Positions 7,109 to 13,781 of a stretch of DNA of 18,178 bases are shown one piece after another. Position 1 is the first letter of the stretch; each line of letters opens with the position of its first letter. The DNA comes from Armatimonadia bacterium (GTDB lineage Bacteria > Armatimonadota > Zipacnadia > Zipacnadales > UBA11051), in NCBI GenBank assembly GCA_039683575.1, contig JBDKRC010000028.1, positions 1 to 18,178 on the forward strand, in the 5' to 3' direction. The notes under the pieces were generated by a model. The model saw only the letters and a program-made list of their open reading frames with translations, was not told where the DNA came from and did no database searches. The position numbers and the translations under genes were made by a program.

Positions 7109-8431
7109 TTACCCTTCGGCGAAGTCTCCTTTGCACTCCAACTCGCGGTCTTCACGCTCTTCGCTCGCGATCGAGGCCGCAACGTGGCGCATCACGCCGG
7201 GCATTGTGAACGCCACACCGGCCGCGATGGCTACAAATCCTATCCCCACGACGAGGAAGGGCATGGCCATCCCGAATTCGGCAGCCAGCGTCCCCCCGAC
7301 CAGTGGCCCGAAGCCCCAGCCAAGGCAAGAGAGCGTCTGGGTCAGGCCGAAAGCCTTTCCACAGGCATGACGGGGTACGATGTGACGGATCAGCGCATTG
7401 GTTGCCGGGATGGTGCCAGCGCCGGCGAAGGATGTGAGCAGGCGCCAGAAGAGCAGTTGCGAGGTGTTATGCACATACGCATGCGGGATTAGGGTCAGGC
7501 CGGTGAGCAGGGTACAGATGAAGAGGACACGCCCGTAGCCGAGGCGGTCGCCGAGACGTCCGAGAATTGTCGCAGAAATCGCTGCTGCCACTCCGCCGAG
7601 CATCAGGATATAGCCGGTGAGCTTCGTGGCTGCACCAGCGGCGCCACCCGAAAGCTGCTCGATATACAGCGGCAGGATGGGACCCACGAATGAACCGGCG
7701 AACATCACCGCAAACAGCAGCCCCGCCATCGTGATGAAGCCGTTCAGGCGCAGCATCTGCCATAGAGTTACTGCCTCAGCGCCGTCAGCTTCCATCTCGC
7801 CGGGATCGAAGTCTTCCCGCACGAAGAAGGAGGTTAACAGTCCTCCCACCAGGAGAGCGCCCGCTGCGTAGAGGAACGGGAGGCGCAAGCCATAGCTGAA
7901 CGCCAATTGCCCGCCGATACCAGGGCCGAAAGAGTTGCCGATATAGGTGGCAGTGTGCATCAGCCCCAGTGCAAAGCCGGCACGGCGCGTGGGGACGACA
8001 CTGCTGATCAGGGCTACCGAGGCGGCGACCGTGCCGCTAAGGAGCCCCTGCATCATCCGGAGGATAAGCAACTGGTTAACGTTGTGTACATAGGCCATGC
8101 CCGCCAGGACCAGCACGCTACCGAACATGGAGCGCATGACCATGAGCTTGCGGCCGTGGCGGTCGGCGAGAGTTCCCCACATCGGCGCAGTGATGGCCAT
8201 GACAACGCCAGCAGCAGTGGAAAGCCAGCCAGACCATACCAGCACCGCTTTCGCGTCATGGATGCCCAACTCGCGGACGAAAGGAGGGAGGAAGGGGATG
8301 CACATCGCGAACCCGATGGTGGAGCAAATCTGGGCCAACCATGATGCGACGAGGGTGGAGCGCCATCGAGACACAGCTAGTACCACGCTTTGTCGGGAGA
8401 ATCTGGGGCACTTGGGGCTGCCCGGAAGCAA
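7109..8431 (-). CDS. MFS transporter (DHA1/MdtG-like)
   Basis: About 12 hydrophobic segments, MFS motif A in both halves (WGTLADRHGRK and LGRLGDRLGY), and an MdtG-like PFLP..VRELG...WSG N-terminus. TTG 8431 has AGAGGAG 8 nt upstream; a downstream GTG start near VSRWRS is also possible. Confidence 0.9.
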   Translation of the reverse strand: MLPGSPKCPRFSRQSVVLAVSRWRSTLVASWLAQICSTIGFAMCIPFLPPFVRELGIHDAKAVLVWSGWLSTAAGVVMAITAPMWGTLADRHGRKLMVMRSMFGSVLVLAGMAYVHNVNQLLILRMMQGLLSGTVAASVALISSVVPTRRAGFALGLMHTATYIGNSFGPGIGGQLAFSYGLRLPFLYAAGALLVGGLLTSFFVREDFDPGEMEADGAEAVTLWQMLRLNGFITMAGLLFAVMFAGSFVGPILPLYIEQLSGGAAGAATKLTGYILMLGGVAAAISATILGRLGDRLGYGRVLFICTLLTGLTLIPHAYVHNTSQLLFWRLLTSFAGAGTIPATNALIRHIVPRHACGKAFGLTQTLSCLGWGFGPLVGGTLAAEFGMAMPFLVVGIGFVAIAAGVAFTMPGVMRHVAASIASEEREDRELECKGDFAEG

Positions 8432-8449
8432 TTAGTCTACTCCTCTGGT

Positions 8450-8488
8450 TGGATTTGTCAAATCCACCAAACTATTTTACCAACTATT
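8450..8488. promoter_or_regulatory. AT-rich control region upstream of the MFS gene: 17-bp palindrome plus AACTATT direct repeats
   Basis: TGGATTTG-T-CAAATCCA at 8450-8466 has perfect 8-bp arms. AACTATT occurs at 8470-8476 and 8482-8488. The minus strand has an extended -10-like TGGTAAAAT (8474-8482). This is the most AT-rich patch seen in the window. Confidence 0.55.
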
Positions 8489-8528
8489 ATTGCCACGCAG
8501 TCGGGGTTCAATTCCCGGCGTATCCTTG

Positions 8529-11500
8529 TTACTCCAGGACGACCATGCCACCGCCGTCCAGTTCCAGCGTCGAGGCCAGCGCGCCGACCCAGATCAGCCA
8601 CTCGTTGGTTTCACTGCGGAACGTCCCGAGGTTGAACCCGAGCTTCAGCCCCGGGCGCATGGTGATGCCCGCCGCAGCGAGCGGGATCGCCCACTCTCCA
8701 GTCCACTGCTTGTCGCCCACCTGCGCCGCGAACCGCGTGGCCTTGGCCACTGCCTGGTTCAAGCTCTCCGGAGCGTTGGTGAAGGTGGATAGGTTGTGGA
8801 CGCCGCTGACGAGCCCGAGTACTGAGAAAGTCGGTCCCGGCTTGGCTCCCGAAGCATCTCGGAAAACCACCTCGGTCTCATCCACCACGCCCTGCGGGCC
8901 TGTGCGGTGCACACCCGTAGGCACCCGCAGAGGCACCGTTACCGCCACATACAGGGTGGTGGCGTCATGGCACAGGTAGGCACTGGCCGGTGGACCGGAG
9001 ACAGGTCGCCGCTCCGGGGTCTGCGCCATCGCCACCGGGTAGCCGGGCCACTCGCCCATCGCGACCACACCATCAATGGTTGGAGCCTTCGTCACTGCCG
9101 CAACTCGCAGGGGCGAGGGCACACCCAGCCGCGCTGGCTGGGTCTTCTCTGCCGCCTGAGCCAACTTCCAGAACTCCGGCCAGAGCGGGCTGATGCTGCA
9201 GGTGCAGCGCTTGCCGACGAGACCAGCGCGGCTCAAGGCCAGCGGCTTGAAGCCCAGGGCCAGCGCCGGGGAGTCCGGTTTCAGACGGTAGTCGTCGTGT
9301 TGGGGGTCTACGAACTTCGGGTCGCCGATGGCGCCATGCTGGTCGAAGCCCAGGGCCTGCCACTCGGCGAAGGTTGCATTGGTGCGGCCGAACCTGGGCT
9401 CGACACCAGCCGGCGGGGCATACAGGTTGCGATCCATGCGCAGCACATCGGGGCCGAACTTGCCACAGGTGAAGCCACGTGCCGTTGGGTTCTGCCACGC
9501 AAAGATGTTCCGCTCAACTGCGTTGTTGGCCCAGTTGTTGTCGTAATTGCTCAGCGAGCCACGGTACAAGGTCCCGTCAACAAAGATGTTGTTGGTGACC
9601 GTGTTGCCCTTTCCGCCCTGCAGGTGAATGCAGCCGTAGGAACTTCGAGCGCAGACGTTGCCGGTTACCTCGTAGCCGCCGGCGAAGGAATCGAGGTAGA
9701 TGGACCAACTGCAGAACACCGGCTTGCCAAAGCTCGAGTAGTATCCCACGGAATCGAGCACCAGATTGCTGCGGATCTTTGTGCCGCTGAGAGCATTGCG
9801 GTCCCCCTGTGTCACCTCGATGCTGCCCGTATCGTAGGTTTCGAGGCTGGTGTTCTGTATGAAGTTGCACTCGACCAGGTTTCTGGTGCCGGCGCCCTTC
9901 ATTGAGATTGCGTAGCGCGACGTATCATGGATGGCGTTGTGTGAGACGACGTTCTCCGACGCCCCGGCGCCGCACAAGGCCACGCCGGCGGTGTGCTTGT
10001 AGGCCTCGCCGATGTGGTGAATGTGGTTCTCGGTCACGGTATTGCGGGCGCTACCGGAGAGCATGATCCCGCCGCCGCCCGTGTGGGAGATGTCACACCC
10101 GCTGACGCGGTTGCCCTCGCCCCCATTGTAGACGACCGCATGCTTGCCGATGGATGAAAATGTGCAGTTCTCCACCGCGCAACCCATGGCGTTCCGGCCG
10201 AAGATGGTGCCATCCGACCCCATGCCATAGCCCGCGCAGCCCTCGCCAAGCGCCCAGTCGGTGCAACGGAACGTCACCCCTGAGAAGCGCAGGTTGGCAA
10301 CAGGCTGCTTGGTGACCGGATCGCCCTGCAGGTCTATCATACGGCCCAGCGTAGGTGCTATGACTTCGGACTTGGCTGAGAAACCCGCTTCAGGCTGGTA
10401 ATACAGCATGCCTGTCTGCTGGTTCAGGTACCACTCGCCGGTGCTATCCAACTCCTCGTACACGTTGTCCACAAGGTAGCGATCCCCCGGCATGAGCAGT
10501 GACACGGCCTCCTTGCCCCCGAGTTGCAGGCGCCCGGTCGTGGCGTCGTAGCTTACCAGGTTGAGGATCTCCATGTACGCGCGGCAGTCGCCCGCCTGGT
10601 AGATGTGCAGCTCCGCGCCGGGGCCTAACCAGGATTGCTTGAAGACTTCCGGCTTCACTCCGATGGCGTCCTTGTAGCCGGTGCTGCCGCCGGGACTGGA
10701 CTGCAGTTGCTTGCCGTTGTAGGCGACGAATTGGTCGGCCGATATCACCACCAGGCGCCGGTCCGTCGCGACGGCGGGCACTACCTGCCCCGCCGGCTTG
10801 AGGCCGCTGTCATCGGATAGCAGCATTCCACCGAGGATGACTCCGCCACCCTTGAAGTTGGTCCAGCGGATGAGGTGCTGGCCCGCAGTGAGCTTGATAG
10901 TGGCGGCGCGGCTCCAGCGACTGGCGGAGAAGGCGCCGGTGTCCTGCAGGTTCGTCAGCATGACCGGCGCACCGCCATCAACCGTCAGGCCCGTGCGCCC
11001 ACCCATGTCGGTGAACCCGTACGGGGCGTTCTGCGCTCCGTAGTACACCCAGACTGCGTACTCACCCTCGGCCGGGACGCTGACCTTGTACTCCATCCAG
11101 TCGCCGGGGTTGTGGATGTTGCCTACGGTGCCGCCGAGGCCGCCGGAGGCCTTCTCGGCATAGAGGAAACCGCTGCGATAGGGATCGGCGGGGTTGAAGT
11201 TGGGGTAGCGAGCGCGGATCTGACGCTTGCCGTTGACGAACAGAGAGCGGAAGCTCCACTTGCCCTCCTTCACCTGCGGCAGGAAGAGCGAGACCTGCCC
11301 CCTGGCAGTGGGCTGGAAGCCCTTGAGCAGCCGCCCGCCGATGAGTTCAGGCTTTTCGCCGGGGAAAGCGGCGTAGGTGATCGGCTGTCGCTCCGTCCCC
11401 GAGTCCTCGGGTGTGAAGACGACAGGCTCAGTGACGTGGTACTTGCCGCCCCGCAGCCGCACAACTACTGGCCCGGTCAGGCTGCCCCGCGCCTTGAGTT

Positions 11501-11693
11501 CGCGAATGGCGTCGCGGGCACGAGTCAACGTGGCGAAGGGGCCATCCTTGTGGTTCGCTGCCGGAGATGGCAGCGCGCCAGACCAGGCGTCATTGCCCGA
11601 GGGGGAAACGAAGAAGACGGTGCCACTGGGCCGAGCCGCCAACGCCGAGCCCACAGCCACCAACAGGAGCAGACAGGGTACCGACGTGCGCAT
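8529..11693 (-). CDS. Secreted GH141-like right-handed beta-helix protein with inserted CBM6/35-like module and C-terminal CBM9-like domain
   Basis: The likely start is ATG 11693 (MRTSVPCLLLLVAVGSALA, a signal peptide) after GAGGGAGGA; 1054 aa. GH141-type motifs FFVSPSGND..SG...GPFATL.RARDAIR, LRGG.Y, DSGT...PITY.A.PGE.P, LFVNG.R..RARYPN and EELDSTGEWYLN. Many PbH1-type Asn/Gly repeats. Candidate catalytic Asp motifs DTGSI and IYLD. Confidence 0.85.
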   Translation of the reverse strand: MRTSVPCLLLLVAVGSALAARPSGTVFFVSPSGNDAWSGALPSPAANHKDGPFATLTRARDAIRELKARGSLTGPVVVRLRGGKYHVTEPVVFTPEDSGTERQPITYAAFPGEKPELIGGRLLKGFQPTARGQVSLFLPQVKEGKWSFRSLFVNGKRQIRARYPNFNPADPYRSGFLYAEKASGGLGGTVGNIHNPGDWMEYKVSVPAEGEYAVWVYYGAQNAPYGFTDMGGRTGLTVDGGAPVMLTNLQDTGAFSASRWSRAATIKLTAGQHLIRWTNFKGGGVILGGMLLSDDSGLKPAGQVVPAVATDRRLVVISADQFVAYNGKQLQSSPGGSTGYKDAIGVKPEVFKQSWLGPGAELHIYQAGDCRAYMEILNLVSYDATTGRLQLGGKEAVSLLMPGDRYLVDNVYEELDSTGEWYLNQQTGMLYYQPEAGFSAKSEVIAPTLGRMIDLQGDPVTKQPVANLRFSGVTFRCTDWALGEGCAGYGMGSDGTIFGRNAMGCAVENCTFSSIGKHAVVYNGGEGNRVSGCDISHTGGGGIMLSGSARNTVTENHIHHIGEAYKHTAGVALCGAGASENVVSHNAIHDTSRYAISMKGAGTRNLVECNFIQNTSLETYDTGSIEVTQGDRNALSGTKIRSNLVLDSVGYYSSFGKPVFCSWSIYLDSFAGGYEVTGNVCARSSYGCIHLQGGKGNTVTNNIFVDGTLYRGSLSNYDNNWANNAVERNIFAWQNPTARGFTCGKFGPDVLRMDRNLYAPPAGVEPRFGRTNATFAEWQALGFDQHGAIGDPKFVDPQHDDYRLKPDSPALALGFKPLALSRAGLVGKRCTCSISPLWPEFWKLAQAAEKTQPARLGVPSPLRVAAVTKAPTIDGVVAMGEWPGYPVAMAQTPERRPVSGPPASAYLCHDATTLYVAVTVPLRVPTGVHRTGPQGVVDETEVVFRDASGAKPGPTFSVLGLVSGVHNLSTFTNAPESLNQAVAKATRFAAQVGDKQWTGEWAIPLAAAGITMRPGLKLGFNLGTFRSETNEWLIWVGALASTLELDGGGMVVLE

Positions 11694-11744
11694 GAGATCA
11701 TCCTCCCTCAAGCGACAGAATCGACCTCGTCTTACGTCACTGCC

Positions 11745-12737
11745 TCAGTACTGCACGAACAGGACCTTCCCACACCGCTGCTGGGCCATCAGGTCATAGC
11801 CCTTCTGGGCCTCTTCCAGCGGGAAGCGGTGGGTGACCATCCGCTTGGGCTTCAGGCCGCGGTTGCACAGGTCCACCATGCCGGGGAACTCGGTCAGACG
11901 GAAGTACCACGCCCCATAGACATTGAGTTCCTTGTGGATCAGGTCGCGGCTGGGGTTGAAGCTGGCCTGGCCCTGTTCGCCCACCACCCCAATCTTGCCG
12001 CCCTTGCGCGCGGCTTCGAAAGCCGCAGCGATGGCCTCGGGCCGGCCGGTGCATTCCAGGCAGGTGTCGGGGCCTGCGCCACCGGTGAGCTTGCGCAGCC
12101 GGTCAATGGTGTTCTTCTTGCCGGCTTCGACAGTGGCAAACGCGCCCAGCTTCTCAGCCAGCTCTCGCCGGTAGGGGCTCATGTCCACTCCGATGACGCG
12201 CGCGCCCAGGAAGCTCCACAGTTCCACCACACCCAGGCCGACTGGCCCGCAGCCGAAGACAGCCACGGTGTCGTGGGCCTCAATGCCCACACGACGGCTC
12301 AGGTGATAGGCCACACCCATTGCATCGCCGGAAATGAGTACCCCCGTGTCCCAGTCGATGTTGTCGGGGATCCGCAGGCAGTGGCGGGGTCTCACCGTAA
12401 TGTATTCGGCATGGGCCTTGCCGCTGGGTAGCATGTTGGGACAGAATATCTCGTTGCCTGCAGTACAATGAGCGCAGGTGCCGCAGCCCACGATGACGTG
12501 TACCCCGACGCGGTCACCTACCTTGAACTCGCCATGGCCGTTGGGGTCCGCAATCTCCCCGGCGAACTCGTGCCCGGGATTGCCCGCCAAGCCTTCAGGC
12601 CGGCGGAAGACCCCCATCTCACTCCCGCATAGCGCCGAGACCTTGATATTGATGAGAACCTCGTCCGGCGCCGGCTTTGGCTTCGGAATATCCACAACCT
12701 CGATCTTCGAGTTCCCCATGAACCGCAGCGACTTCAT
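11745..12737 (-). CDS. Zn-dependent medium-chain dehydrogenase/reductase (sorbitol/threonine-dehydrogenase-like)
   Basis: 330 aa. LCGSE and GHEFAG supply catalytic Zn ligands; also GDRV, structural-Zn CGTCAHC-x7-C, Rossmann VFGCGPVG, ECTG, THRFPLE and GKVL. GGGGAG/GGAG upstream of the ATG. Confidence 0.95.
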   Translation of the reverse strand: MKSLRFMGNSKIEVVDIPKPKPAPDEVLINIKVSALCGSEMGVFRRPEGLAGNPGHEFAGEIADPNGHGEFKVGDRVGVHVIVGCGTCAHCTAGNEIFCPNMLPSGKAHAEYITVRPRHCLRIPDNIDWDTGVLISGDAMGVAYHLSRRVGIEAHDTVAVFGCGPVGLGVVELWSFLGARVIGVDMSPYRRELAEKLGAFATVEAGKKNTIDRLRKLTGGAGPDTCLECTGRPEAIAAAFEAARKGGKIGVVGEQGQASFNPSRDLIHKELNVYGAWYFRLTEFPGMVDLCNRGLKPKRMVTHRFPLEEAQKGYDLMAQQRCGKVLFVQY

Positions 12738-12842
12738 ACTCCGTCTCCCCTATTTTGCTGTTGCGAGCCTCGCCGTGTTAGCATTCTTGCCGCACGTAGG
12801 TTAGTCTTTCGTTCGAGTTGTCCTTCCCGGTTGAGCGAAGAG

Positions 12843-12870
12843 GCAGGACTGATCGTTTGCGCGGGGAAGT
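12843..12870 (+). promoter_or_regulatory. Putative SigH-like promoter GCAGGA-N17-GAAGT for the isomerase gene at 12933
   Basis: GCAGGA CTGATCGTTTGCGCGGG GAAGT, the closest match in the window to the SigH-type consensus, ending 62 nt upstream of the ATG. Confidence 0.55.
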
Positions 12871-12932
12871 CACTACGCGTGCGAGATGAGTAGGGCTGGG
12901 GCCCCAAGATCACAGAGAGCAGGCAAACCACT

Positions 12933-13694
12933 ATGAGTAGGCTCGGAGTACAGTTGCTGGTATACGGGTCGCGGCAGCGCGAAGACCTGCCTGGCGTGCT
13001 GGCGGAGATCAAGGCAGCAGGCTACGACGGGGCGGAAGCAGGTGGCGACGGACAGCCTCTTCTGCCTGGCGAAGTCATCATCGCGAGCTTTGCCAACGCA
13101 GGGCTGGCCCTCAGCGGCCTCCATGTCGGCTACGCCCACTGTGCCGACGAGAGCAGGCTCAACGACCACCTTGCCTTCCTCAAGCAGGCTGGATCGCGTT
13201 TCCTGATCTGCTCCGGTGTCGCCGATAACAACTCCATTGCCGGCTACGAAGCCTCTGCCGACACCTTCAACGAGGTGGGGCAGAGGTGCCTCGATGCGGG
13301 GCTGACCTTCTGCTACCACAACCACGCCTGGGAGTTCAGACGGCTCGAGGGTGGCCGCCAGGGCCTCTACACGCTCATCGAGCGCACGTCGCCACAACTG
13401 GTCAAGCTCTGCATTGACGTCTTCTGGGCGCATATCGGCGGCGAGAGCCCGGGGCGGTTCATCGCCCGGCACTCCGATCGCGCGGGCTACTACCATTTCA
13501 AGGACGGCGCTGGCGATTTCGATAGCCAGACCTTCATCGAGTTGGGGCAGGGCGAAGTGGATCTAGTCGGAGCCAGGGACGAAGCGCTCAAGCATCCGCT
13601 GGAGTGGGTCATATACGAACAGGACCGTGTCGAACTGGAGCCACGAGTGGCGATCAGCCGGAGTCGCGACTATCTGAAGCAGATTGGGCTGTAG
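12933..13694 (+). CDS. Sugar phosphate isomerase/epimerase (xylose-isomerase-like TIM barrel, IolE/MocC-like)
   Basis: 253 aa. Motifs AGYDGAE, YHNHAWEF, CIDVFWA, HFKD, ELGQG.VD and IYEQD, i.e. the E/D/H/E metal ligands of the AP_endonuc_2 fold. Confidence 0.92.
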   Translation: MSRLGVQLLVYGSRQREDLPGVLAEIKAAGYDGAEAGGDGQPLLPGEVIIASFANAGLALSGLHVGYAHCADESRLNDHLAFLKQAGSRFLICSGVADNNSIAGYEASADTFNEVGQRCLDAGLTFCYHNHAWEFRRLEGGRQGLYTLIERTSPQLVKLCIDVFWAHIGGESPGRFIARHSDRAGYYHFKDGAGDFDSQTFIELGQGEVDLVGARDEALKHPLEWVIYEQDRVELEPRVAISRSRDYLKQIGL

Positions 13695-13702
13695 CGCGGC
13701 AG

Positions 13703-13730
13703 GGAGGCCCCCGAAGCCGGAAAGCGAACC
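13703..13730 (+). promoter_or_regulatory. Putative SigH-like promoter GGAGGC-N17-GAACC for the PL11-like gene
   Basis: GGAGGC CCCCGAAGCCGGAAAGC GAACC lies in the 87-bp gap before 13782. It overlaps a GGGAGG/CCTCCC inverted repeat (13702-13734), so a hairpin is an alternative explanation. Confidence 0.35.
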
Positions 13731-13781
13731 TCCCCGCAGGCGTCGCTCCCACATCGCTACGGTACTGCCAGTAGGAGATGA

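Noticed and set aside
7026..7136. 37-aa N-terminal extension of the second Gfo/Idh/MocA ORF (MQRRLRRR..., superficially Tat-like)
   Set aside because: No hydrophobic h-region, it overlaps the MFS 3' end, and a strong SD precedes ATG 7025.
10875..12431. 518-aa plus-strand ORF and other long antisense ORFs (2822..3601, 8907..9905, 13986..15188, 17343..17960)
   Set aside because: They lie opposite well-supported genes and show no recognisable motifs. Long stop-free antisense frames are expected from GC3-biased codon usage.
13702..13734. GGGAGG/CCTCCC inverted repeat after the isomerase gene, as an intrinsic terminator
   Set aside because: Six-bp stem, long loop and no U-tract.
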